Assembly: GCF_001447785.1 (NCBI RefSeq)
Contig: NW_015168098.1
Span: 62,001 to 125,739 of the forward strand
From: Gekko japonicus
Taxonomy: Eukaryota
Direction: 5' to 3'
Length of the DNA: 63,739 nucleotides
The notes under the pieces are model-generated. The model was not told where the DNA came from. It made no database searches and saw only the letters and a list, made by a program, of their open reading frames with translations. Positions within the stretch are counted from its first letter, which is position 1. Every line of letters starts with the position of its first letter. Positions 12,077-24,309 of this stretch are shown in pieces. The translations under genes and the position numbers were made by a program.

Positions 12077-13080
12077 AAAGTTTCATTATTTGCCCTTGCT
12101 GCAAAGAACATATGCTCCAAGGTGGCAACAGGAAGAGGCATTATCTAGGTATTAGTACATTAGTATCTAGATATTAATTAGTATTAATAAAATAGTATTA
12201 AATTAATCACATTTTGCGACTCCCTTTCGGTACTTCCGTATATTCTGATATTAGCCTATAGCTTGTTCATAATCTGTATTTTTATTGTTGAGAGTTTTGT
12301 AACTTTGTAACGGACAATGGCTAATTACAATAAACTGAACTGAAAGAAGAAGAAAAAGAAAAACTGAACACTTAAGTTAGCATGTTACAAGTTAGTCCCT
12401 GTCGATGCAAACTTAGATAGTGTGTTACTGCTTTCAGATGCCTTCCAGAACAGGAAGAATTCTTCTTTGTGGATGAAAATAGGCTGGATTTACTGCATAA
12501 AAAGCCTGAATACAGAAGATCCCAAATGTCACTGAAAAGGAAGAGCACTGAGGTGGAACTGAAATCCACCCTTCTCTTCTAGCATCCATTTTCTTTGAGC
12601 ATCTTAACATAAACCTATGTTAAGATGTAGGGTTAATATATATATANNNNNNNNNNNNNNNNNNNNNNNNNNNNNNNNNNNNNNNNNNNNNNNNNNNNTA
12701 TATATATATATTATGTACTGCATATATATATATATATATATATCCAAAAGGAGACTTCAACAAAGTGAAATGCACATATAGTCAGGAATGTATCTATTCA
12801 TATAATAGATCATAGGAAAATACAGAAGCCACCAAGATCCATAAAAGGAAAAATACAGAGTTCAGAGTAGATAGCCAACACTTTTTCTAGGTAGTTTTCA
12901 GTGTTTTAAACTTCTGGTCCTTCCTCAGGAACAAAGAACAACTATTGGAAGTCTCATTCCATTTCCTTATAGGACAATACTATTCAGTTTCTTTAACATA
13001 GGGCAAGGTCTCCTAAACTTTAGTGAGGACCTCTCAAGGCTGCTTCTATGTAACAGGACCAAAAAATAATAATTCCTTAC

Positions 13081-13295
13081 TGTGGCTCCCTATGCAACTC
13101 CTGAGCTGGATGTTGTCTAAAGTCTATTTCATGCAAATGGTAAATTATCTGAGAAGCAATTTCACCAATGAGGAGATCTCCTGGCTGGTACCACTCATGG
13201 GGAACAGGGAGGGGATCCTTCATGCTACATTTGGTGGTCTCTGTTTTGGATGCAATCAAAGGCAGAAGCAGCAGTAGCAGTCTTAGTTCCAACAT
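13081..13295 (-). CDS. V2R-A exon 1
   Basis: [29 protein letters not shown]; donor CA|GTAAGG; 215 bp. Confidence 0.88.
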
Positions 13296-13777
13296 CCTGG
13301 CAGCAATGTGCACCTTTTCCGTATCTTTTCACAGACTCATCCTTCCTTCCTAAGGTTACCTTGGATGGCAGCTGAGTCTGCCAATAAATGTTCTAAAAGG
13401 AAATGCCTTTGCTATGGTAAACATTTCTGCAACACAAATGCATGTCAGTTCAAAGAGAAAATCCTATGATGGGATACCTGGCTTGAAAAGGCAAAATGTG
13501 AGGGCTCAGAATTATGTTCAGAGACGACCTACATCTAGATGTCTACCCTCAATGGTTTTGAAACAATTTTGAAGCTGATTACTTTCTGGAACTTTCTGAA
13601 AGGCTGAGAAACATCTGAAGAGGAGATCAAATTACAGTGATTTGGACAGTTCCAGGGGGAAATAATTTCTTCTGCCAACAACATCTGAAAAGTTTGGTAG
13701 CAAAAATGTTTTATTATTTTCTGCTCTGAGCACAACTTTGTTCTGGTCTTTAATGGGAGCAAAAGGAGGCTGGCAGA

Positions 13778-13801
13778 ACCCTGGCTACATAGATTCCTCT
13801 C

Positions 13802-13852
<51 letters not shown>

Positions 13853-13916
13853 TCAAATGGGGAGTTGAGGAGGGATTCATCTCAATAACCCTGGCTACAT
13901 AGATTCCTCTCCTAAA

Positions 13917-13949
<33 letters not shown>

Positions 13950-13962
13950 ACACACACACATA
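13778..13962. repeat. (CA)n / (TG)n microsatellites with duplicated 26-bp flank
   Basis: aaccctggctacatagattcctctcc occurs twice, followed by (CA)n and then (TG)n. Confidence 0.9.
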
Positions 13963-14007
13963 TATACACATACATATTGTTGCACCAACTGCTTTATCTA
14001 CAGCTGT

Positions 14008-15430
14008 GCTTCAAACTAGCAAACACCTGTTGTTGCTCGGGACTCCAGTGAAATTGGGTGTCCTTCTTTAGCAAAGCGTAAAGAGGTCACACTTTGTCTG
14101 CAAAGGCTTCAATGAAGTTGCGGAAGACGTTAAAGGTACCCAAGAGTGCTCTGAGTGATGGCACATCAGTAGGGGCAGGCAAACGAGAGATGACTTCCAT
14201 TCTCTGCATGTCTGGGGCTCTGCCGTTGGGTCCTAATGCTAGTCCTAGGTATTTTACATTTGATTGAACGAGTTGCGCTTTTTCGCGGCTGGCCTTAAAG
14301 CCAGTGTCTCTTATAAGAGTCATAACCTCCTTGGTTATGTCTGTGACTTCTTCTGCAGTGGGGGCGTCAATAAGAATGTCATCTACATACGAGAGCACGT
14401 GAGCTCTTGACCCGGGTTTCAAGCGTTCCCACATTTGCACAACGTGTGCGTGGTAAATGCTGGGGCTGGAGTGAAAACCCTGTGGTGTACTTTTGAAAAC
14501 GAACTGCTGGCCATGTAAGTTGAAGGCAAACTTGTACCAGCAGGACTCATGGAGTCTGATTGAGTGAAACGCATTAGCCAGAACGATTACACTGTAGTAC
14601 CGGGATCCAGCGGCAATGGCGGCTAGGATATCATTGTATTTGGCCACAACTGGGGCAACCAGAGGGGTCACCGCGTTGAGGGCTCTGAAGTCCACTGCTA
14701 TTCTCCACGTGACTCCATCTGCTATAAGGATGGGCCAAAGTGGGGTGTTGCACATAGACTGCATAGGGATTATGACATCCCAATGGATAAGTCCTTGTAT
14801 TGTTTTGGCAATTCCTTCCTCAGCTTCTGCCAGATACTTGTATTGTTTCTGAGGCTTTGGATCATTTCCCTTGATGAGTACGCATGTATCCTTAACTGTG
14901 CCACACTCAGCTTTGTCTTTGATCCAGATTTCCAGAAATTCTTCCTCCCACCTGTCCTCTGCTATAGGAGTGAGGGGTAGGGGTGTTTTTAGAGCTCCAC
15001 AGCGATGTACTGCATTGACCTCGCGGGGTGCCCCTGGGATTTGTCACAGGAAGCCATTCGCCAAGTCAATGGTCAGGCTGTGTTTTTGAAAGAAGGGCGC
15101 TCAGAGAATGCCATCGTCCTCTCCGTGATTGCAGCAGGCACTGACCCTAGTGGAAAGTGTACCCAATGTGAGGGGGATGCTCTTCCAGACCTGGTCTTTG
15201 TGTGTGCCTCCCGCGAAACCAGAGAGAGAGACATGTGTCCCAGATGGCTGGCCCCTCTCTGCAAAGTGTGGTCTCAAAATGTTAGTGGCAGCACCAGTGT
15301 CAACAAGAAAAGTCGCAGGGGCAATGGTCCCTGGAGCCCCGATCCCTGAGTTTATGGTTGGCCTACCCCAACGGTCTGGCTGGAACTTTGCCACGACTCC
15401 TTGGGGGAGACTTTGGTGCTCCGAGCGTCC
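14008..15430 (-). pseudogene. pol: Retroviral pol fragment (protease plus reverse transcriptase), one frame with three in-frame TGA stops
   Basis: ORFs 15101-15394 and 14087-14764 share a frame; the linker reads GIL*APFFQKHSLTIDLANGFL*..PKPQKQYKY. Confidence 0.88.
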
Positions 15431-17235
15431 CTATTCCATGGCCAAGATCATTTCCATGAAGGGATTGGTCCCGGCTGGTCGTGTCGCAGCTAAGGAGGAC
15501 CGCGTCTGGCTGATCATGGAACTCATCCATGTTGTAGCCTCTTTCCTTCAGTCGCATCCAGGCATGTCAGCGCAGAGGGTTCCCCTTAGTGTGGGGGCCT
15601 CCTGCATTCTGGCCCTGTCCCAGACTGCCCTGAAAGGGTTGTCCTTGCACCTGCGGCAGAAAGCCCTGCGGTGCGTTAGAGGTATTTGGGTTGCTCTGCT
15701 GACCTGAGAACCCTTGGTAAGGTCCGTGTTGCGGTACCTGGTCGTAAATTGGTAGGGGTGGGGCAGAGGGTTGGGGGTGCGCCTGCACAGGAGCGGGACC
15801 ATAACGGTGTCCCATTCTCCCTCGGTACGTGCCTCCACCTCTCTGATTGCATCTCCCATTTCTCCTGTCATAAAAACTGCCCATGAACTTTCCATATTTG
15901 CTTCCAGGTTCTCCCGTGGGACTGTCTTGGGAGTAATGGTTTGGTCCATTATTGGCATAGGTAACTGCCATAATGGTAGTTTCTTCCTTGTCCTTGTCTC
16001 TTCTGTTTCCTGTTTTAGGGGTTTTAAAATTTCCAGATCCTCTTAGAAGTGTTAAAATTTCCAGATCCTCTTAGAAGTGTGGCCACTCTCCTTATTCTGG
16101 CTTCCAGTTCGGGCCAAGTTCCCTGTGTGGGGTCAGAGATGTTCAAGGCTAGCTGGGTTTGCCCATTAAAGCCTTTGATTAATGCGTCCCAGAAGGCGGG
16201 CACGTCAAAGTTTGGGGGGTTGGTAGTTGCATCGACCTTATTTGAAATAAGTCCTAAAAGTTGTTTTGGGGCCATATAAGTCTCTGGGTCTTCGTTAGCA
16301 CTTTGTTTCTCCAGGAAGAATATGACATTCAGGCTGGAGTTTGGGTTCAGGTAGGTGAGAACTTGTCTCATCCACTGAATCTGGGTTCCGTCCATCAGAT
16401 TCCCTGCTGAAATGGCAGTGTTAATGGCTGCTAGGCTAGCTCTGGTGGCACACCAGCGCACTAGCAGTGTTAGGTCCTCTCCAGGTAAACCGACATAGGC
16501 GGTGGTGGCCGTTGTGAGCCACTGTACGGCATTCTCTCGACTGTGAGAGCCTAGTTCTTCTGATATTGCTTTGACTTCCTCTGGTCACCATAGGTGATTC
16601 TCTGTTATAGTCTTAGTAGTGGTTTTGTTGCCAACCTTAACAGTCTGAGTGGTGGTATTGATAGGATTTATGGGGAGGGGTCTTTGAGGATCGACTGCCT
16701 TCAAAGATTTCACCTGCTCTTCTTGGTCTGATTCGCTGCCATATAGGTCTATTAAACCTTCTGGGTGAATGGCGGATATGACCGCGCGCTGTAGTCCCAG
16801 TTGTCCCTTAAGGGATTCAATCTCTTTGTGGCAGGAATCATGGGTCACAAGTTCTCTTTTTGCATGGCTCTGTTCAGCGAGGTAGCGAGCTGCTGATTGT
16901 GTGGCTGCTAGTTCCACGGTGATTTTAGCTAAAGCTGTCTCTGCCTGTGTTGCTCTTTCCAAGGCTTCCGCGCTTGAGTGTTTAGTCTCTTGCATGGCAT
17001 CTGCCAAGCTTTGTTTTTCTATAACTAAATTTACTCTTTCTGCTCTCATCCGGTATAATTCCTCATCATTGGATTTTTATAGTTCTCCTATGTTTTCCTC
17101 AAAATCATTCTTTTTCTTTTCTAATAAGGTCTCATAATAGTTCCGTTGGGAATCAAGCCCATGAACATGTTCGGATCTCTGTTTCTCCACTTCCGATTGC
17201 ACTTTTTCAATATCATCCTTTTTTGTTTTCTTAGA
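15431..17235 (-). pseudogene. gag: Retroviral gag fragment
   Basis: ORF pieces 17077-17235, 16585-17049, 16024-16461, 15567-15971, 15363-15557; a 28-bp tandem duplication at 16024-16079 shifts the frame. Confidence 0.75.
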
Positions 17236-17871
17236 AAGGAGCACTAGAAAGCAAGACAGAAAGTCATACAAACAACTACTGATCTTTAAATAGATGTCAT
17301 TTGGGATAGCTGAAGCAACACTAGTCCAGGACTTTCCTTGTCGAATTCTGAGATGTTTGACAGGGGGGAATGAATCCCAGATGGCTTTCACCAGGCCTCA
17401 ACTATTCCTCTTAATGCAGAATCTCCTTTAGAGTTTTACTTGTATCCCAGATTCTGGGCATGGAATTGTGAAATGGCCCATGTGCAGTTGTGAAATGACC
17501 CAAGCAACCCATTCCATTCATTGCTGGTAAGTCCCAAGAATAAATAGTCTCTTCAGTACCTGAGACACATTAACCCTGCAGGGTTTTTTTTAATTCTTAA
17601 CTAGCAATGTGCAAGAAATGCAAAGAAAATTCATTTATTTGAACAGCTGATAAGGGAAATTCAGGCCACAATCTAGGATCATTACCTACATTCTAACTGC
17701 TGTTGATGAATATAAGCAAGAAAACACAACACTGAAAAATAATTACTGATCACAAAATGATTTTTATTTTATATTTTAAAAAAGATTCTTTGGATCAGTC
17801 ACATTTTTGTATTTCCTTAGAATATGAACACAATGCTGAAATAACCCAAATAATTGTTGGCATATGTCCAG

Positions 17872-17968
17872 TCTCTCTCTCTCCCCCCTCTCCCTCTCTC
17901 TCTCTCTCCCCCTCCCTCCCTCTCCCTCTCCCTCTCCCTCTCTCCCTCTCACTCTCTCTTCCTCTCTC
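17872..17968. repeat. CT-rich microsatellite
   Basis: (CT)n/(CTCTCC)n; (GA)n tracts also at 43751-43802 and 58478-58563, (TA)n at 12636-12742. Confidence 0.9.
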
Positions 17969-18003
17969 ATTTTAAAGTAAGATACTTGGAATCACAACCA
18001 TTC

Positions 18004-18905
18004 TTAATGTTGTCTCCTTATTACTATCTCTTTCCTGTTTAGCTCAGGTCTCAACATAATGATGTAGCATTTGGGGGAAAAGATACAGCTCAGTAAGCCA
18101 GCACTAGACACCAAGATAGAGAAGATCTCCACAGCTACCATGTATTTCCCTTTGGTGGTCATATATGTTGGAACAAAAGAAAGCCAAACACTGCAAAAGA
18201 TCAGCATGCTGAAGGTAATGAACTTCGCTTCATTAAAACTGTCAGGCAACTTCCTGGCTAGAAAAGCCACAGTCAAACTCATGATGGATAGAAGCCCCAT
18301 ATATCCCAGAACAATGCAGAACATGAGAACAGACCCTTCATTACATTGCACTATGATGTGTTCAGCCAGTGACAGTGTATCAAAATCTGGGAATGGTGGC
18401 GTGGTTGTTAGCCACACCACAGAAATACATGCTTGGATGATGAAACAGGAAAGAACCACTGAAATATTCAGCCGTTTCCCCACCCACTTCCTCATGCTGG
18501 ACCCAGGGTTGGTGGCCATGAAAGCTACAACCACAGTGATGGTTTTGGCCAACACACAAGGTATAGCCACTGAGAAGATCATGCTGAAAACAGATTGTCG
18601 GAGGAAGCAGGTCACCTTTTCTGGTTTTCCAAGGAATAGCAAAGAAGAGAGAAAGCAGAGCAGGAGAGCAATAAGAAGTATGTAGGTGAGACTCCGATTG
18701 TTGGCTTTGACAATGGGGGTGTCTTTGTATTTAATGAAAATGCCTAACACGTTGATTGTGATAAAAGCTAAAGATACAGCTATGGAAGCCAAACTAATTC
18801 CTAAAGGTTCTTCAAAAGACAGGAAACTTATTGTTTTGGAAAGGCATCCATCTTGGTTCTTGGTTGGATATTGATCACTCTGGCATTTGATGCAATCATC
18901 CATGT
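18004..18905 (-). CDS. V2R-B exon 6 (7TM domain)
   Basis: ORF 18004-18903 with [33 protein letters not shown]. Confidence 0.95.
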
Positions 18906-20133
18906 CTGGGGGGGGGAGAAAGATGAGGAGGGACGATTAAAGTGGTAGTTGATATGAAATATTAGTTTCATGACTGTATTTTACATGGAAGCAATGTTGA
19001 AAACATTATACATTTCAATTTCTACTGCCAAAGCTTGTTACAGTATCCCTCCAAATAGCTAACTTTCCTTGCAGTGGTTATTATGATGATTATTACTATT
19101 GTTATGGCCATTGTTCTTCCTATTTGTCTATATTGATCTTAGCTATTTGATCTTTATGCTGATGTAAAATGGTTTTTGTCTCTGAGTTGCACCCAAGGTG
19201 AGCATTTAAAAGTGTGAATGCTCCCCCAGTATGATGGTGAGTGAAACACTTCACTGCCTCTCTTTCACTCCTTCTCGTTCTCTTTACTCAGAAGTAACCC
19301 AGGACTGATCATTTTTCAATACCCCCTCCCTTCTCACAGATCCCATTCAGCCCTTTTGTTTGCTCAGAAAATGAAGAAATGATAGATTCAGCATTCCGTA
19401 TGAATGGAAATAGAAAAAAGACATGACAACTCAGGTGAAAGTCTGGGTGAATGTCAGTTTTATGACTACTCTGTGACACTGATACTAATGCACAGTAAAA
19501 ACTTTGTGGTCATCAGTTTCCCCTAGGTTTTGAGGAAGTCCTGGATGATGCTGATTCTGACAATTCAGAGGGTACACATTTTGCAGGTACAGTCATTTAC
19601 ATCCAGTTGACAGTTAAAGTTTGGAATTATACCTGCAGTCATACGGGATTACCCAACTGGGTAATGAAAGTACCCACAAAGTAGTTAAAGTACCCCTAAA
19701 AGAAGCAATCATCTTGAAAAAAAATGGAATACTGCAGTGTCCTTCTTGCACCCAAATGATATGATCAGTGATTGGAAATTGGAACATATACCTTTCTGGT
19801 CAAATTGCACAAGGGTATGTTGACTTTATACCTCCAAGCTTCCTTATTGGAGATACATTACAATTTATTAAAAGATTTTGGATCTGAAACTACTTCAGCC
19901 TTCATAATGGATGCCCTTCTCTAAATGAGAGATGAGTGAAAGCAACCCTGATGATGCTCCTTTCAGGCCCATCAACTTGACACTGATGGCACTGGTATTT
20001 CTGGCCACTGTGGGATACAGAGTGTTGGACTGGATGGGCCTTTGGCCTGATCCAACATTGGCATCTCTTATGTTCTTATGACACCTGAATCATTTGAATT
20101 AACCCAGACTGCTGATATATCACATCCAACTAC

Positions 20134-20260
20134 CCTTTTGGCTTGAAGTCTGCATTTCTGGGCAAGGAACACAATCATAGCAGCAAAACGTCTCCCCTTC
20201 CTTCTTTTTCTTTTGAGAGCCAGGGTTGCAGAAATCATTACACACAGAAAGGGGGGCCAC
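20134..20260 (-). CDS. V2R-B exon 5
   Basis: [35 protein letters not shown]; 127 bp. Confidence 0.9.
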
Positions 20261-20870
20261 CTATTGAAATAAATGAAAGGAATTTAGGATGGCAGACATG
20301 AGACATTATTATGCATCAGCTGTGGTGTGAAGAAACAAGTGATCAAGATTGTGTTTGCTATGGTCAGTTTATACTTCTCCAATTGCAGTACCTGTCTTTA
20401 TGGATCAGGAATATTTGGGGTGTAGAGAAAGCAAGCTGACTATTCAGCCCAGTATCTCCTCCCAGAGAAGATCTAGATTTGAGTCCAGTAGCACTTTAGA
20501 GACCAACACAAATTTGGGGGGGGGGTATGTGTTTTCAAGAGTCTAAGTTCCCTTGATCAGGGAGAGAGTTTTCCCATGACTGCCATATAAAAGTACCAAA
20601 TTTTAATGACAGCATCATGAAAAAATATTTCTCAGTATCTCACATATCTGAAAAATATAATGTTGGCTTCAAATGTTGTAAAGAGTAGAGATGTTTGGCA
20701 ATGTACAAAGCTATACCTCATAAGATTTTGGATGCAGACTGTGGTCTGTCATGACCATTCACTCCCATCTAACAAACAAAAAGACCAAAATAGGCGAGAA
20801 AGTGAAAACAAAATTCTGAGTTAGCCACCCAAACAGTGAGAGTAGCCCCTGAGAAAATTTGAATAAATAC

Positions 20871-21098
20871 CTTGTTAAAAATGGTTTGCCACACAATCAT
20901 ATTGTCGTGAATTATGAATTCTTGTCCTTTAGGAGCTTTGGAATTTACCCTTCCAATTTTTACCCTATGGAAGGACTTGTTTGGAAATGTGACAAGATTC
21001 GTTATATCAAATCCACCTCCCAGTTCCCTTTTATCATTAAAAGACAATCTTTCTCCAAATGAGTTGTTGAATACAATGCCTTGCAGGAAGGGGTGGAC
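20871..21098 (-). CDS. V2R-B exon 4
   Basis: [22 protein letters not shown]; 228 bp. Confidence 0.9.
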
Positions 21099-21810
21099 CT
21101 AGTTGAAAGGGGGAGAAGAAGCAATGTGCTAGAGTCTTTCATCTCATCCAATAACAGCTGTATGATGCATAATCTTGAGCAGTGAATAGTTATTATAAAT
21201 CATTTATTACTAAACACATGAAAGGAGTAATATGTTTTTCAACTGCTAAGGTTTTTTTTTGGGGGGGGGTGTCCTTATCAGCAAGTTGAGATGTAACCAT
21301 CTCATAGGGATATGAATCAGAGCAGGCTGTAGTATCTTCTGTTAATATACAATGGACTGGCCAGGAGAATATGTGAAGTAGTATCAATCTTGCCTAAAGA
21401 GCAGGAGTGAATTCATTCTGAGTAAGGTAAGCACAAAAACCTACCCCTCATAATTCTCAAAGAATAAGCATTTAACTTGGGGAATGCAAAAGCTCTTATA
21501 AGACTTGGAAAGGTCAACAGATAAGTATGAGGGAAAAGATTTCAGAGGAAGAATGCCAAAAAACTAAGATGAACAAGTGTATCATGCTCTAAAAGCAGAG
21601 CTTTGGAAATCAATTAATTTTACCAACTTCTCAGCAAAACATGTTGCACAAAAACCTAATTGCTGAAGAGTGTTTAGAGTAACATTGACAGCCAAAAGTT
21701 TCTTTTTTTTTTACAAAACATTTTTTAATTTATGTTTCATATAACATACAAACAAATAACAAGTGAACTATGGTAATTTTTGACATGTAAAAAAATCAAT
21801 GCATAACTGT

Positions 21811-22320
21811 GGCTGTGGTCACACGGAGCATTAGGCACGCTAGAGGGACAGAAGATAGGTGGATTTTCCGGGCGCGATCTCACCACCACATCCTGGGAAG
21901 CATCAAGCACCCAAGGCTTCCCGCCGAAGACGCGGGGTAAAAAACTAGTACCTCGGAGATACTAGTTTCCTGAAACCTTGGGGCAAGGGCAGGCGTCTGA
22001 TCAGGTTTCCGGTGGTAGTTCCGGCACCCGCCCATGTCCCCTCACAAAAAGGTGGGGTTTTTTTCAAAGTCTCCACGGATGCACACAACCACCCAAGGGA
22101 GCATGCGCACATTTGAGTTTAAAAAAACAACAACCCCGTTTGCCCTGCACCCCGCTTCTTTGCCGCACCGCAGGACTGTGGAGTGATCAGCACCTCCCCC
22201 TACCACGGGACCTCCTTGGGACCTCCATGGTAGGTCTGCTCGCGCAACCGCATGTTATTTAGCCCCGGGGCAAACAGCCATGCTTCCCCCCCACATTTTC
22301 CTGCCCGTGTGCCCGCAGCC
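21811..22320. mobile_element. PIF/Harbinger-type MITE
   Basis: TIR ggctgtggtcacacgg / ccgtgtgcccgcagcc; TSD TGT. Confidence 0.75.
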
Positions 22321-22590
22321 TGTATAAAGCAAATGAACAACCACAAATAAAAATATTTCATAATCAGTATCTATGGCAATAACATCAATCTATAGCAACT
22401 ATGTTTTTCAAAAGAAGATTTACTAATGGGATTATTGTCTATTTTTTCCAGTACAGAATTCCACACTGAGAAATGAGTTATAAGCTAAATATGAGTTTTG
22501 AACATTCAAACCTGTAGAGATCTTATCCATTATGAAATGGTCCCAAAAGTTTCTTGTGAACAGTCTTAAAACAGGAAGAGTTATAAAAAT

Positions 22591-22875
22591 AGAAGAAGAA
22601 GAAGAGATTGGATTTATACCCCGCCCTTCACTACCCAAAGGTGTCTCAGAGTGGCTTACAAACTCCTTTCCCTTCCCGTCCCCACAACAGTAGGTATGAG
22701 GTAGGTGGGGATGACAGAGCTCTTGACAGAAACTGCTATTTTTCAAGGACAGCTCTTATCAGAACTACAGCTTGCCCAAGGTTATCCAGCCAGGTGAAAG
22801 TGGAGGAGTGGGGAATCAAACCCGGTTCTCCCAGATTAGAGTCCGCACACTTAACCACTACAGCAAACTGGCTCT
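22591..22875 (-). mobile_element. Squam3-like SINE
   Basis: Full copy, same consensus. Confidence 0.9.
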
Positions 22876-23422
22876 TTTAAGTATGCCAAATAGCCCTTGC
22901 TACTTGAGTATTCCCTGATAAATAGTCTGAATGCTTGCAAGCAAGCCCTTGCCTCAAGGGAAGCTTGACCTAATTCAGAATGAAAGCCATGCCAGCTACG
23001 CAGCACAGATTATTTACAGTTTTTACAAAAAGAATAAGAATAGATGGTCAATGTTTTCATTAACTGAAACTATCATTATTACTACTCCATAAAGAATGAC
23101 AGGACAATCATCTTTTAGATTTAGAACTTGGACAGCACCAGGAACAGAATTCCCACCTCCATTTTGAAATAATGATAATATGCTGCAAGACATTTTTTTT
23201 TGCTTTGTATCTGATCAGCAACTGGTGTGGTCCCCATTTTAAATTGGATAAACAAAGGATATCCAAAGATGAAAACTCCTTTGCTTGTTGGATTTCTTCA
23301 CCATTCAATATCCATTTGCACACTGTAGGATTTCTTCTTTTAGAGAAGACAACTACTTTGTATCTGATAGTTTATTCTCAGGCCTTCCATAATACAATAT
23401 TCAAAAAAAAAAAAGTAAAGAC

Positions 23423-23628
23423 CAATGCTCCCTCTAAGCTGTGGAGTCCTGTGAGCAAAAATTCTACTTTGTGAGCTACTGGCATTAAAGTTGTGAGCGA
23501 GCGATTTGTCTGCTGCATAAATCAGTTAGCTCTGGAGCCCTCCTTCCCGAGCTGAGACATAAATGTGTGAGCCGGAGGCTAAAAACCTGTGGGCTAGCTC
23601 ACACTCACTCAGCTTAGAGGGAACACTG
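23423..23628. mobile_element. hAT MITE
   Basis: TIR caatgctccctctaagctg / cagcttagagggaacactg; 8-bp TSD gtaaagac/gttaagac. Confidence 0.85.
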
Positions 23629-23767
23629 GTTAAGACCCCTTTAGACCCAGTCTCGTCTGAGGTAATAGGGCACGATCATCAATATAGAACAAAACTAAAT
23701 ATTATAATTGGCTTAACAAGGTGGGTGACAAGGCCATTAAAATGAGTAGAACAATCATTCATATACA

Positions 23768-24047
23768 GAAGAGAAGAAGAAGAAGAGATTGGATTTATAC
23801 CCCGCCCTTCACTTGGAGTCTCAGAGCAGCTTACAACCTCCTTTCCCTTCCCCTCCCCACAACAGACACCCTGTGAGGTGCGTGGGGCTGAGAGAGCTCT
23901 TGACAGAAACTGCTTTTTTTCAAGAGACAGCTGTGCCAGAGCTTGTGACTGACCCAAGGTCACATCAGCAGGTGCAAGTGGAGGAGTGGGGAATCAAACC
24001 CGGTTCTCCCAGATTAAAGTACGCACACTTAACCACTACACCAAACT
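23768..24047 (-). mobile_element. Squam3-like SINE
   Basis: Full copy, same consensus. Confidence 0.9.
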
Positions 24048-24309
24048 TGATATAAAGAGTCTTCATTTTTAGATATACTGCTGTTACACTTTCATGTCAT
24101 TTCAGACAGTCCAAGCCAGTCAATAGTTACTTTTCATTTGAAGATCAACAGTATGCAGTGTTATCCGCCCCCCAAATGCTCTGATTATCACAAAAAGAAA
24201 GAATGCACAAAATGTTGTCACCAAATAATGCATTTTTCATTGGACGAGTTGGAAAAAGTTGAATATCGTCTCATACTAACATACTAACAGTTCCTTGTGT
24301 CAGCATTAC

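Larger units (their letters stand above)
4114..13295 (-). pseudogene. V2R-A: V2R with intact exons 1-5 but 7TM exon truncated after DMDNCI (pseudogene or ectodomain-only gene)
   Basis: Exons 13081-13295, 10864-11155, 8742-9605, 8210-8437, 5806-5932 are open and in phase. The exon 6 acceptor at 4131-4132 is followed by only 17 nt before transposon DNA. Confidence 0.85.
14005..17235 (-). mobile_element. Decayed endogenous retrovirus fragment gag-pro-RT (lokiretrovirus-like / class III-related); no LTR, RNase H, IN or env seen
   Basis: Coiled-coil and capsid-like gag ORF pieces, Q/P/G-rich NC without zinc knuckle, protease FLVDTGA, RT with NTPLWP, WRIAVDFRALN, PQGFHSSP, YVDD, KAQL..VKYLG; scattered in-frame TGA stops. 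Confidence 0.9.

Noticed and set aside
14005-17235. Domesticated gag/pol gene or endogenous foamy virus
   Set aside because: Multiple stops and frameshifts exclude a functional gene. The apparent in-frame TAG gag-pol junction argues against foamy-type organisation, though phylogeny is needed.
18071-18685. 204-aa ORF antisense to V2R-B exon 6 (also 15129-15707 antisense to the ERV)
   Set aside because: Shadow ORFs of the coding strand with no independent motifs.
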